Source: Paecilomyces variotii (lineage: Eukaryota). From it: 64,000 nt of DNA. The notes under the pieces are model-generated. The model was given only the letters and a program-made list of their open reading frames with translations. It searched no databases and was not told where the DNA came from. The DNA lies in NCBI GenBank assembly GCA_004022145.1, contig RCNU01000007.1; one strand, written 5' to 3'. Position 1 is the first letter of the stretch; each line of letters begins with the position of its first letter. Of this stretch, positions 1-12,616 are shown piece by piece. The position numbers and the translations under genes were made by a program.

Positions 1-694
1 CAACAACAGCGGCCTTCAAACTCTCCTCCGCAGTCGACAGAATCATTCGCTTTTTCTATCATGCTTCCTGCTCACGAGAACGTCGAGAAGGCACGGCAGA
101 ACATGGCTGCAGCCCATTCCCAGAAGGGAATCAGTACGCTGCCACAGCGAGGATTACCGTCTCTTCATGGACCCTACCATGATGCTCTTTACTACCCTGC
201 CTCCGGTGCTGCCCCTGCTGTACAACCACCTATATCTACTCCGGGAGGCTCGAACAGAGCGGTCCGTGGGGAGAGCTTAGAGTCAGATGGCAGCAGAAGC
301 TCTGATTCAGGTGGACCAGGGTTGTGGTTTGTGCCCGGTGGCACTGACACATCTGGAGGGACGGCACCTACGCCAGGTCCCGTGGGACTTACAAGACAGG
401 AGGATATGCCGATGCCGGATATCGATTGGGTATGTTTGTGCAATCTTCATTGCATTCTCTCCATTCACCAAGCTCTTCCTGCCTATGCCACCACCCAATT
501 TTTACATCGTAAGTACCAGCACCATGTTGACAATCCAACACTAGACTGAATGGGATAAACTATTCCCTCCGGATATCAACACCGGCGACCTCAACTTTCC
601 GCCTCAAGTTCTCGAGATCCCATCAAACGAACCAAACTCGATGTTCTATCAGGGTATCTACCATCAGGGTTCGAACTTTCCCTTTTCGCGATGA
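1..694 (+). CDS. 3' end (partial) of a probable fungal-specific (Zn2Cys6-type) transcription factor; exons <1-429, 545-694
   Basis: Frame open from base 1. Intron 430-544 (GTATGT...CTAG) joins ...MPDIDW to TEWDKLFPPDINTG...FSR*. The 'DIDWxEWDKLFPP' acidic/aromatic tail is typical of fungal TF C-termini. The DNA-binding domain lies outside the window. Confidence 0.55.
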
Positions 695-1457
695 CCGCAC
701 TGTAGCGACTTCCAGGGGCGGGGGGCATGATACATTCGATAAAACAGTAGATATTTCCTCCACTGTAAATATCCTGGATTGGTATATACTTCATCACATC
801 CTTTGGAACGTTCATACCCCAGTAGAAACAACATTTGCGTGTTATATATGGGAAATAGGGCGCTTTTTTTTGAGATCATCATTGGAAGAATATGGCGTTT
901 TAAGTTTATAGAGATACGCCCGAAAGAATCGTAAAGTCATCCATCGGAGGGGGTCTGATTGGAAACTTTCAATTGACATCATTTCCATCACCCCCGCCCC
1001 CCAAAGCCAGTAACGTGATGTGATGTGATGTATTCCCTCCAACAACAAATTCCCTATACAGACCGTTTGCTCTCCAGTTTCAGCTCCAGGAACAAGAAAG
1101 CAGAATCTCCAGCTAATCTATTAAATCTCTACAATATTAAATATACTATACATACTATACAATATCAAAAAGAAAACAAGAGCCATCGGGACAAATTTAT
1201 TGATTGATCAGAGAAAGAGAGGGGCACGATATTCTCTTTGTCTTTTCTTTACTTTCTCCAGTTATCATCTTTTCTATTTGACTTTCCTTCTTATATTTTT
1301 TTAATATTCCATATCCTGCCAAATCTGATCTCCTCCAGAACAAAGCTATACCTTCCACATCAAGCTTAGACGAATACGACTTCCTTCCACCCCCATCATC
1401 AATCTACGTCCAGGAGAAAAAAAAAACCTACTACTCATCCAACAATTAAACCAAACA

Positions 1458-2275
1458 ATGGGCTCTCAAACCGTGACGCAATTCACCTACCTTCGACTGA
1501 AACCGGACGTCAAGCCCGAAGACCCGAACAACGAAGCAGGCCAGCAGTTCCTACAGGTGTTGCGAACCGCGAAGCTGCAGAGCGGATATCAGAATTCTTC
1601 ATGGGGAAGGACCGTTGAGGATCCGAATAATATCGTTTGGGTCGTTGGTTAGTTTTTTACCCCTTTCTTTCTTTCTTTCTTTTCATTCCCCAATGCTATG
1701 TATACTGGGTTTATCCAACTTGGGGTATTTGGTTTCTGGTCCATATCATGTAGAGTGTTAATTACTGACCTGACTTACTTACAGATTGGGCCGATGCCCG
1801 CGGCGCCGCTCGCACGAACGAAATCCACAAATTTCAAGATACGTCTACGGAAATGATCACGTTCTATGTGTCTCTGAGCCCTAGTCTCGCGGAGACAGAT
1901 CTCTTAACCAAGAACCCCGTGACGGAGCTCGTGGGTCTGGCTTTCCCGAGCGACATGACTCCCGACGAGCAAAAGAAAGTGCATTTCGACCTGATCGCGT
2001 TCCGGACTGCGTTGCTTGAGAAGATGGATGAGCACCTCAGGCCAGTGTCTTGGTCTATGGGTCATGTTTCTCGGCCTGGGACGGTGGATCATGCCAATAG
2101 CCCGTCAGGCAAGGCGTTGCTGCATATGCTGGCCGTTGGGTGGGAGAGTGTTGATGCTCATAAGAACGCGAAGGAGACGCAGGTGTATTGGGAGGTGATA
2201 AAGCCGCTAAGGGAGAAGATGCTGCCGCCGCCGAAAGGGTTGGAGATGCGACATGCTAAGTTGACCAAGATCTAG
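1458..2275 (+). CDS. Conserved fungal hypothetical protein, dimeric alpha-beta barrel (ABM-like) fold likely; exons 1458-1647, 1785-2275
   Basis: Intron GTTAGT...ACTGAC...ACAG joins the two ORFs in frame (WVV-D-WAD). Motifs 'WGRTVEDP..IVWVVDW' and 'GWESVDAH' resemble duplicated ABM-like fungal proteins. Confidence 0.7.
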
Positions 2276-2598
2276 AGAGTTAGCTAACGAGGCTGAAAAT
2301 GATGCGCTATCTAACTAGGGGTGGTGATAACTAATCGAGTATAATATAGTGTCAAGGATACTGCAAGGTCTACTTTCTCAGAAAACAATGTTATAAGTCC
2401 GGATTAAATGATGTAATAGAATCGCGGTCATCAGAGCTCGGTAAACGTCTCTCCAGTAGAATACAAAGGCAAAAAGCAAGAATACGCCGAAACGCAGCCA
2501 TCAAAAAAATGGGAGAGGAAAGAGACCATAGAAGCGTGCAAAACCGTATAAGACTTTTGCAGATACCGACCCAATAAAGAGTAAGCCAACTGAAACTT

Positions 2599-4164
2599 CT
2601 AGATACGGTGCTTTTCACTTTCTATGAAATTGTTAGCGCTCTGCACTCAAGAAAAAGCAAGCAAGGGGAAGATTGGCTACGTACCAAGTCTGGAATACAG
2701 CATGTAAAGAGCCATCTGGTTGCACTCCTGGGTACCAGTGATGGTCACCAGACGCTCGTTGCTGTTATCTTGCGGCTCGTTGATCTTGATCACACTGCCA
2801 CTCAAGTGCCGGATCTCGTTGATCTTAGCACCACCCTTACCGATGATAGCACCGACCATGTCGTTAGGGATGTAGATCTGCTGGGTCATTGGCTGTCCAG
2901 GGACGACGCCAGCCGCGGGAACAGCAGCAGTAGGAGCGTGGGGTTGAACAGATGTAGGTGCGCCATAAGGAGTGGGTTGATGGGGACCAGCGCCGGCATA
3001 AGGAGTACGAGGTGAAGCTCCGTAGTGTAGAGCTGGCTGAGCAACTGGGGTAGGAACAGGCTGTCCGTGAAGGTAGGGGACACCATACGCACCGGCCGCA
3101 GCCCGATGGGGTTGAGCGTGGTGTCTCTTGAAGGTGTCAGGATGGCCATACTGACCGCCAGCCGGCTGAGGAACATAGGGCACGACTTGCATGCCACCAG
3201 GGACCACGCCAGCTGGACCACCGCTCCGCGTGGCATACGCAGATGCAGCCGGACCTCCAAACCGCTCAGTGAGCTGCTCAACCAGGGTAACAGCAACATA
3301 GTAAGTTGCAATGTGCACAGCATCAGCAACACCGAGGATGACGAGGGAACGTTCGGTAGACAAGGGAAGGCAAGCGTCAGAGGCATTCAGACGTGCGCCA
3401 GAGGCTTCCTGGATCTCACGAATGCGGACACCACCCTTGCCGATAATGGAACCGATCAGAATGTGAGGGATAAGGAGGCGAAGAGGGTAGGTCTTGGACT
3501 GTGCAGTAGAGGGGGCTTCAAGAGGCTCATTGTTAAGGGTACGGATGATAAGACCAAAGGCCTTTTTAGGGAGATTAGCAAGACATCAAGTGACGCAGAG
3601 AATGGGGTTTAAAGGGCTTACCTTAGCTACGGCATCCTGAGCTCCACTTACGGTCAAGATACGTTCAACTGCACCACGAGAGTAGTCGCTGACAGTGCAC
3701 TTGGCACCAGACAGACGGCGGATCTGGGACACATTCTCACCACCCTTGCCAATGCAAGTAGCTGCCTCCTGGCTAGAGATAACAGCACGGATATGGATCC
3801 ATCCAGTCTCGTCCTGGGGGGTGTGATGCTGAGGGGGCTGGGAGCCAGATCTTTCGGCATGAGAAGCAGTGGACTGGATGGGCTGGGTCTCAGGAGCAGT
3901 CGCAGATGCTTTTCCGTTAGGAGCATCAGGTACCACGGTATCGCCCTGGGTATCCTGGGCATCATTGTTGGTCGCCGTGGCAGGAGCTTCAGTCTTCGCA
4001 GTGGCAGAAGCATCGGCGTCGAGCTTCTTACTCTCCTCATCGCTCTTGACTACTTTGTCCAGCGCAGGACGCTTGGCCTCGGGCTGATCATTTGGGCCAG
4101 AGGGAGAGGATGGATCCTCCAAGGGACGCTTGGTCGACGGGAGCGTGGATGGAGAGGCAGACAT
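2599..4164 (-). CDS. Three-KH-domain RNA-binding protein (hnRNP K/PCBP-like; Rnc1/Pbp2 family); exons 4164-3622, 3561-2685, 2621-2599
   Basis: KH GxxG loops 'CIGKGGENV', 'IIGKGG', 'AIIGKGGAKINEIR'. Introns 3621-3562 (AAG acceptor) and 2684-2622 give the C-terminus ...YSRLESEKHRI*. Confidence 0.9.
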
Positions 4165-5157
4165 CGTGTTGTATGCGGAAATGCGCTGATCGATTGCGTC
4201 ACTTACACGGAAAAGCCGAAGTAGCAGTGAACAATTCTTTCTTTGTTTCTTCTTTTGTAAATTGAATCGATTATATACACCAGGAGTTCCCAAGGAAAAC
4301 TTGCTGGTGCTGGCGGTCGACTGGAGAGGGAAACTGGTGCTTGCAAGGCTTGAAGTGCTGATCTGGAGAGCAAAGGAGGATGGTGTTGGAGGCTAGGTAG
4401 AGTCGGCAGAGATGTAAGATGCTTTGTGATAGCAGGCCTTGAGGGTCTGAGCAAAACGCTCTGCCAGTGGGAATTTGTGAATAGAAAGAGGTTGTTTGAC
4501 TTGGGTAGTCAGGAGCGGAAGAGAGATGCTTGGTGCTGGATGAGAGCGCCTCAGGGAAACTGAATCTTTGGGATGCGCGGAAAGCTTGAGCGTGGCAGAG
4601 AAATTTTTTTTTTTAAAATAGGACAACAGAATGATTCATTGACCACTTTCCACAACCCGCGTTGCCTCTCGATGGATATTGAGCTCGTGTCGACGCGGCG
4701 CTCGTCGGTGCAGATAGGCAAGCAATGACTAATCGTGGCGACAGCTAGATGGAGGGAGAAGGCCACCAAGTGAGGACGGATCCTGCAACTTGAAACTCAA
4801 AGGGCGAGATGAGAAACAGGGAGATATAATAAGAGATGCGAGGAAGAAGATGGTAGATGGCGATGGGAGCGACGATGATGGCGAAACGGAGAGATATGAG
4901 GAGGTGAGCCAAGCACTGCCTGGACTAGCCGTATACGGTAAGAGTCTGTTATCACGTGGATATCCATATCAAAGGATGCGATTCTACTCTATTGAACTTT
5001 CTTTAGAAAAAGAGTTCCCCTTTTCCTATTTATGTATTACTCCGTTTATTATTCAAAGAGTGACAGTTTCTATTTTATCACAATAACAAGAGAGGGCTAT
5101 TGTGTACTACCACCCCCGCAAGCTCTTTAGTGACGCGTACGATTTCGCGTTTCAGCT

Positions 5158-6267
5158 ATGGGCATAACACAAGACAAAGTGGAGAAAATACGACATTTCT
5201 CCAAAAGAGCAGATAAGCTCGAGGAAGAATACGTGAGAGAACCTCTCAATGCCGCTGTGATACTTGCCTATAACCGGAGGCTGGATAATACCTTAGAGGA
5301 CCTGAAGGAACATGTACAGCGCCAAGAGGAGGCTTTGCAGGAGGTAATCAACCAATAAGCCCAGTCTTACCTTGATCGCACTGACAATAATCAGCTTCGT
5401 ACGAAAAGGTCAATTGATCTCCAGAGTTCGGACACAGAACCTCGCGCCAGACTTGCGCAGATCCGGAGAGCAAAGAAGGCGTATGACTCGCTTCTGCAGA
5501 CAGAGCCCGAGCTTCCAGCTCCAGAGTCACCGCTACCTGCCTTGATTGCTCTTCGAGAGACTGTGAAGCATCTCCAAGAGACTAAGGCGTCTATTTCGGC
5601 TATAGCTGAGGCTGTTGCCGTTGATCGTCAGCGGCTGAAGGCCGAAGAGGTAAATTTACGTGACAACCAGTTGATCGCAAGCGGACTGGAAGCGCGCATT
5701 GAGAAGCTGCAGAATGAGCGTTCGCAGAAAGAGGAGAAGACGCCTGCGCAACTGGCGCGTGAGCTGATCAGGACGCAGCGCCGGGAAAATGAGAAACTTG
5801 ATCAGGAGGCCGAAAAGTTAAAAGCTTCAATCTACGAATTCATCGACGAGCATCTTGCCTCAATGCTTGCTGCTGAGGATGTCGGTGGTCCGGTTGTAGG
5901 CGATGCTGTAGATGTCCCTGATGCTACACTCGAAGCAGGATATACTCATCATGGAAAACCCAAGAAACCGAAGACTACGACTACAGAGGATGAAGATCCC
6001 AGACAACAGCGCATTGATACACTGGTGCGCCGTCAGCGTGGTCGAGAAGGGGCGCAAGATGAAGGCCCGACAAATAAGAGGGAAGCCGCTGCATTGGAAA
6101 TGCATCGTCTTCTTGACTCCCTCCTGGAAGCTGGATCCTCTTACATTGACCTTCCTAGAGACTCAGCTGCTTCTCGATTCCTGGTCAAAGCCAAGATCGC
6201 TCAGTTCCATCATCGAGATGCAAGGCGACTAAGGTTGATTGATTTCGGACGGTCAATAGATGATTGA
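5158..6267 (+). CDS. Centromere protein K (CENP-K/Sim4/Mcm22-like); exons 5158-5343, 5395-6267
   Basis: Coiled-coil N-half. C-terminal 'YIDL..DSAASRFLVKAKIAQFHHRDARRLRLIDF' matches the CENP-K C-terminal pattern (LL..GIA..HP.D..RIRL..F). Intron GTAATC...CTGAC...CAG is in frame. Confidence 0.7.
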
Positions 6268-6373
6268 GTTATTCTTTCGAAGATACATATCCATTCCCAG
6301 AAGCGGAATCTAGTCGGAAGATTATCTTCAAGCGAGGTCAATCCTTAAGAAGGCGCACAGACTTGTCTTCCCC

Positions 6374-8232
6374 CTAGTCGATGCTATCCTCCTTAAGGGA
6401 GAAAAGCTCTCGCATAAGTTCATCAGACTTGCTACGCAGTCCGTCGTGATACATCGTATTTGTGATGAACTGCTTTGTCTCCTTGATTCTCGACGCAGTG
6501 GATCTTGCAAGGTCAAAGTGGACATACATGTCGTCCACGTAGGTGGCTGAATACACGGGGACTTCGTTCTTCGCCAGCTGTTCCTCATCATACAGAGCCG
6601 GCCAGTCATCGTATGTTGCGAGGATATCTGCTACGTCCTTCATCTTTTTCAACTCATCGTATGATTCGAACATGTCCTTGTATATCTTGGTGTTGAAGTC
6701 AGCACTTTAGCCCCATGTCCACGGGGAATTGAGCTGCCTTAACTCACCATCTCTCCGGTGAAGAAGACTTGCGGCGCCTCATCGTCAATGCGGAAGGGGG
6801 GAAAGTCTGATATGAGTCTGTCGGCAGACCAATTCGATGCTCGTCTGCTATAAGGTTAGTGAGAGTTTAAGGAAGTTGTTCAAAGGTAGCATCACCCTTG
6901 GCAATAAATAGCCTCATGGAGTATGGCATATAGAACGCTAGAATCGAAAGAGCCATAACTGTCGATGACGGAAAGTGTCGGGCGCGTTAAGAAGCCGAAG
7001 AACGTCAGATCACTATGGGCTCGCAGCACAATATCTACTCCTGTTTAGTCTGCAGTTCATTTTCCTGTGCAGGCTATACATACCGTGAATGCTATCAAGC
7101 CCACCTGTATGGTTTCTATTGTCAGCGAATAATCATCCCTTGCTGGAGGGACAGCGCCTTACCGTGCATGCCAAACATAATGCCCAGCTGTTGAAATCGT
7201 CGAGCCGTGAGACGCCCAGAAGGTAAAGGCACATCATTCACCTCCAGGTACTTAAGAATCTCCTTCACCCTTTCAGCATCCTCAGGATACTTGGCATAAT
7301 ACGCTTTGTTCCTCTGCTGGACCTTCTCTGTGCGTCGTCAGTTCGCACCCTGTAAGAGAATTACCCATTGTTTTTTTTTTCTTACCGTAGGTTAATTTGT
7401 AAACCGGATCTGGCTCATCGACTAGTGGCGGTAGCCCACCGGTCGTGAAGACTTCCCTCAATCCTTCTGGGCTATGATCCGAATAAGCGATCCTGTCAGA
7501 TGTCATCGCAGCATTGTCTAGGGCGGAAACTCACTGCTTCGAGAGGTAGGTCACGGCGCAGAAGCCACCAAAGCTCTGTCCAATAACGCTCCATTTCTTC
7601 TGCTCATCCGGGTAGTCCGCCGTCAGGAACTTGCGAAGGGCTTCGCAGTCGCGAACAATGTTATCCGCGCGGAAATGTCTAAGATACTCAGCTTGCTTCA
7701 CCGCGTTGCCCTGAAGAGTGAGGGTCTTTGCGGTAATAGTTGAACTGAGGCCAGTTCCGCGCTGGTCCAGAAACAGTAGCTATAATTACTCTTAGATACC
7801 GTCTTTTCCAACAAACACGCATTCCGGTTTCGTAGGCTCTATATAAGGATAGACTTACCTGATAGCCCTTATCGAGCACAGTTCCAATCCAACCGTATTC
7901 CTGCGGTGGACGACATCCAAAACCGGGGCCACCCTGTAGATAGACGAACCATGGGAGCTGCTTTTCATCTTTCTCCGGTTCTGGAGGCGTCACCAGGCGC
8001 TTGACGCTTCGCGCAAAGAGACGAATGGTTCCCTCTGAAGGCTTGCTGTAATCCACTGGGACGTCAAAGAACATCTCAGCGACCCGAAGCTTGCCTGTTA
8101 TGATATTAGCAACTGTGCTATCAATTACTAGACATTGATTTCATCCCAAAGATATCCATTGAGATCAGGGAGGAAATAAATCTCACCGGGAATATTATGG
8201 AAGCGTTTATCGATTAGCTTTGCGATCGTCAT
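6374..8232 (-). CDS. papA: Prolyl aminopeptidase (proline iminopeptidase, peptidase S33, alpha/beta hydrolase); 9 exons: 8232-8187, 8094-7859, 7779-7535, 7471-7386, 7327-7163, 7104-7084, 7034-6896, 6844-6748, 6685-6374
   Basis: Motifs 'YLQGGPG', 'LDQRGTG', nucleophile 'GQSFGG', 'YVDDMYV' and 'HDGLR'. All introns were traced in frame. Confidence 0.88.
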
Positions 8233-8842
8233 GTTGTGCCCACTTCAGTGAAGAATATGATATAGGCTCTCGGAATGGTTATTTGGCCATTCAAATCATA
8301 TAGATACAGGACTTTCGCGTCAATTGTCCTGTGTTATGGTCTCTAGGAAGTTGTCGGTCTGAACAATTGCGGGTGGGGCCCCGAGCAACTCTGCTGAAGA
8401 CAATCAGAGCTAGCCAGCTAGACTTCCTAGAGTAGAGTAAAACGGAGTAGGTACGCCGCCACCAAAGATCGCGGGGAGGCGGGGATAAGCGATCACACCT
8501 TGAAATATCTCGAATGTGAGTCGAGCGGTAGAGATATCTACTTTACACAATTGATACAGTTTTTGTTTTGATGGACTTACCACGTCTTTAAGTTAAGTAG
8601 CGGTTTGCCGTTGCAGACAGATTCGGTTGTTAGTCTCACATTCATCCTTTGGTGACATATGCAACGAAGATGCAGTTGTCAATCCTACCACGACTAGGGC
8701 TAGAGTCGCATTCCTACCTTTAGGCTGAAATCACTGAAGCGCTAAGATTACCTTCTCGAAATGGCTAACTTCGAAAGTATATAAATGACTCATTCTCTTC
8801 CAAAACCACCGAGTTGATCTCGTTTATAGACAGGATCCAATC

Positions 8843-10375
8843 ATGGATGCGGAACATACTACCAGAATTCTGAAAGATCAGGCAGCTATCCAACAGCAAC
8901 TCTGGAGAACAGCGTTGGGTCCTTGGGAATCTGGTGTTCTCCCCAGCGCTGATAGTTTGGACCGAGCGAGAAAGTCTCTAAAGACATCTCTTGTGGAAGA
9001 TGGGATAGGCTTCGCGGAAACACAGAGTCACATCCTCGAGGATATTGTGCCAGGCTTCAATGGTGGAAGCATCAGTCCCAATTATTATGGGTTCGTGACC
9101 GGAGGAACGACACCGGCAGCACTCTTCGCGGACAACGTCGTCTCCGCCTATGACCAGAATGTCCAAGTCCATTTGCCCAATCATTCTATAGTGACGGATG
9201 TTGAAAACGCTGCATTGGGGCTTCTTACGGATTTATTAAAGTTAGATCGGCAGCAGTGGAAAAATGGCACCTTTACTACAGGTGCAACTGCGAGTAATAT
9301 CATGGGCCTGGCGTGTGGAAGGGAGTTTGTTCTGCGCACTGCTGCAGAACGAAAGGGAAGCTCTGTGAAGAGCATGGGAGAACATGGCTATCTTGAGGTC
9401 CTCAAGGCAGCAGGGCTTTCGCGATTTCAGGTGCTTTCAACAATGCCTCATTCATCAGTGGGTAAAGCGGCGGGCATATTAGGTATTGGTCGTGCCAACG
9501 TGAAGAATATCTGCGTCAAGGATGATCCCCTGCAATTCGACATGGCGTTGCTTGAAGAAGAATTAGCTCAACCTGAAACAGCTAGTATTGTGGCCATATC
9601 ATGTGGAGAAGTCAATACAGGGCGTTTCGCAACGAGGGGTATCGATCAGATGAAAGAAATCCGAAGGCTCTGCGATGAATATGGTGCCTGGATTCACGTC
9701 GACGGAGCGTTCGGTATATTTGGGCGAATTCTTGAAGACACACCGGAATTCTCATCAATCAAAGCGGGATGCGAAGGTCTGGAGCTGGCGGACTCCATTA
9801 CTGGAGATGGACATAAATTGCTCAATGTACCCTACGACTGTGGTTTCTTTCTCTGTCGACACGCCCATGTCGCGGGAAATGTCTTTCAGAATGCTAACGC
9901 GGCATACCTGAGCTCTGGTGAGTCGTCAGGAATCGCCATTCCATCTCCGCTGAATATCGGAATCGAGAATTCGAGACGCTTCAGGGCCCTTCCGCTGTAC
10001 TCTTCCCTGATATCATACGGCAAGAGCGGCTACAGGGAAATGCTGAAGCGGCAAATCCGACTGGCGAGAATGATCTCTACATGGCTATTCGACCATCCTG
10101 CATATACTGTCTTACCAACCTATGGAAGTAAGAAGGAACTGCTGCAGAATACTTATATGGTTGTGCTATTCAGTGCTCAAGATGAGCGCCTCAATGGGGA
10201 GCTGGCCAAGAATATTAATGTAACATCAAAGATATTCGTGTCAGGAACTGTGTGGGAAGGGAGGCCGGCATGCAGGATTGCGATTTCAAATTGGAGGGTA
10301 GATGAACAGAGGGATTTTGAGATTGTAACTGGTGTTTTGCAGAGCATTTTGGAAGAGAATGAGCAAAAGAAATAG
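8843..10375 (+). CDS. Group II PLP-dependent decarboxylase (aromatic/other L-amino-acid decarboxylase-like), intronless, 510 aa
   Basis: Motifs 'YYGFVTGG', 'TTGATASN', 'WIHVDGAFG' and the PLP-lysine motif 'DSITGDGHKLLNVPYDCG'. Confidence 0.9.
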   Translation: MDAEHTTRILKDQAAIQQQLWRTALGPWESGVLPSADSLDRARKSLKTSLVEDGIGFAETQSHILEDIVPGFNGGSISPNYYGFVTGGTTPAALFADNVVSAYDQNVQVHLPNHSIVTDVENAALGLLTDLLKLDRQQWKNGTFTTGATASNIMGLACGREFVLRTAAERKGSSVKSMGEHGYLEVLKAAGLSRFQVLSTMPHSSVGKAAGILGIGRANVKNICVKDDPLQFDMALLEEELAQPETASIVAISCGEVNTGRFATRGIDQMKEIRRLCDEYGAWIHVDGAFGIFGRILEDTPEFSSIKAGCEGLELADSITGDGHKLLNVPYDCGFFLCRHAHVAGNVFQNANAAYLSSGESSGIAIPSPLNIGIENSRRFRALPLYSSLISYGKSGYREMLKRQIRLARMISTWLFDHPAYTVLPTYGSKKELLQNTYMVVLFSAQDERLNGELAKNINVTSKIFVSGTVWEGRPACRIAISNWRVDEQRDFEIVTGVLQSILEENEQKK

Positions 10376-10475
10376 AAAGACGAATCCGAGAGTCGACCCC
10401 AAGAATAAAAATTTCAAATATCGTGGATATCATGCAGATTTATGTACTTTAGAAGATGCATCATAACTTTCAGGG

Positions 10476-12616
10476 TCATCTCCGACGACCTGCACCACCA
10501 ACATTATCGCCCCTATCAGCGATGCTAACAACTTCACCAATACCAGCTGCTTCCTGTTCATCTTCCAACGCCATGACTTCCTCTCTGCTATCCCACCACT
10601 TCTCTTCCGCAAGATCAAACGCCTCTTTGCGGAGCTCCTTGACTGACTTGTCAACTGTACCATTTCTCTCCTGTAACTTGTCCATGATGATCTTCTGCCA
10701 CTCCTCGGAAGTCCGAGAGAAGAACTCCCTCAAGCTCTCGAACGGTCGTGGTTGGGGACGCGAATCCTTGACAGCCGGCTCTGTTTCCTGCTCCTCAATC
10801 TCGAGTTGTTCCACTTCACGAGTTACCGAGGGAACGGTAACTTCAGTTGGGGCTGTGGAAGCGCCGTCTGCAGATGCGACATCTTCATCCTCTTCACCCT
10901 CTTCCTCATCCTCATCGTCTTCGTCCTCGTCTTCCTCGTCTTCGCTCTCCTCTACGTCCTTGGCGTTCCAGTTATCGGGCTCCTTGAAGAATATTTCCTT
11001 GACACCGTCAAGCTTAACTAGATCAATGGAATACATGTCATTGAACGCGAATTCCTGATCACCCCTCTCGTACGTCCCGCCAAAGATGAACAGCGTATCG
11101 TCTTGAACGGCCAGCTGGGCGTTGAATCTTGGGTGTGGCATTTCGAAACGCACGATAGCCTCTTTTTCAGGCTCGGCTGGCTCTTCACTCTTTGGAACAG
11201 CAACATCGATCTCATCAAGCTCCTCCCTCCGCATCGTTCCCTTAGCTTCGAGAGCTGCTAGGTTCCGCAGCAATTCTTCCTCATCCTCCTTACCACGATT
11301 CCTAGACTTGGCCACAGGCTGTTTCTTGCCAGGGGCCCTTGGACGTCGCAAGGCCATCGGGAAGAAACGGTTTCTGTCCGTATTCCATGCTAAGAGAGTG
11401 TCGAAGAATTCACTGTCAATTCCTTCCTCACTAAGTTCGACATCATGAACACCACCAAACATGATTCCGCGACCTTTGTGGTAAGCCATTGTTGCACCGG
11501 CACGGGGTGGGTTTGGTGGGTTGGCCGGCTTTTTTCTCCGTTCCCAACGCACGGTTGGACCAGCTGTGGCAGGCGCATCAGCCGCAGGAGGTGTGATTCG
11601 AAGAAGCCAAGTATCCTGGTGCACCATAGGCTTCAAGGTCATTCTCTGAGGCCCGCCTTTCCCTTGCTTTCCGCCGACAGACGTCGTGGCTTTCACACGA
11701 GAATACCCGCCGTACAGCACAGCTCCAGATTCATGGGGCAAAAAGGAGAACGAGGATCGAGGGTCCGGCTTCTGAGATGCCGGTGGCAATGTTGGGTTAT
11801 ACCAGGTGAACTTTTGTGTGTCATAGAGCCATAGATCTTGCAGATATTTTGTCTGCTGCGACGTATCCTGGAAACCGCCAAACAGAATTATATAGTTCTA
11901 TCTGAAGGTTAGTAATCGTCTATGAATATTCAAATGTAACCATCCGTTGTAGAGTATATATACCTTGAAGTAAGTCATTCGATGGCCACTTCTGGCAGGA
12001 GGGCCTTTTCCTTTAGTCTCAACTCTAGTCCACTCCCTTGTGGCGGGATCCAGATTCCAAAAGTCATTGTAATGATAGAAAGTACCCTGTTTAGGAGAGG
12101 AGAATTCTCCTATATTGTCATCAGTCTCAAGCATAGTTTGAAAATACGAGGAGAATCAGAGCTATACCCACCTCCAAACAAGTATATGCCACCAGCATTT
12201 CCACCACGGCACCATGCATGCCCACTACGGGGCAGTGGGCTGTTTGGACTGGTCACCTCTCTCCATTCACCCCTGTCTATCAGATAAACAAAGAGGTTGT
12301 TGTAGAAATTGGCTAGGGCTCCATCGAAATATTCGCCTCCAAATAGCATCAGTTCGTTTCGATTTGCGGGGGAAGCGATCAATGTGCAGGAAGAACGTGG
12401 GGAGGGCGGGCCTGAGACCACTTCAGTGACCTTGAGAAATTTCGCCTGCTCCTCAGCATAGGCTGCAAGGACAGCGTCAAGATCGACATCTTCAGCATCA
12501 CTATCGTCTCCGCGGCCCTTTGTCTTGTTCTTCTTCTCTTTCTGTGCGGCCTTCTTGGACTGCTTCGCGGCGACCCGTGCTTTCTTCTCCGCGGACTTTT
12601 TATCTTTTTTGCCCAT
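10476..12616 (-). CDS. KEL3: Kelch-repeat protein Kel3/KLHDC4 family (two short introns near 12.1 kb and 11.9 kb)
   Basis: Lys-rich N-terminus MGKKDKK. Kelch repeats (PSPRSS, LFGGEY, PRSGH, ARSGHRM, FGGTYE). Acidic tract, and a C-terminal 'PRPFESLREFF' domain. Confidence 0.88.

Noticed and set aside
10456..11058. Ser-rich plus-strand ORF, and similar long antisense ORFs over musN, dopA, migA and PRM10
   Set aside because: Antisense shadows of real coding sequence (here the Kel3 acidic tract).
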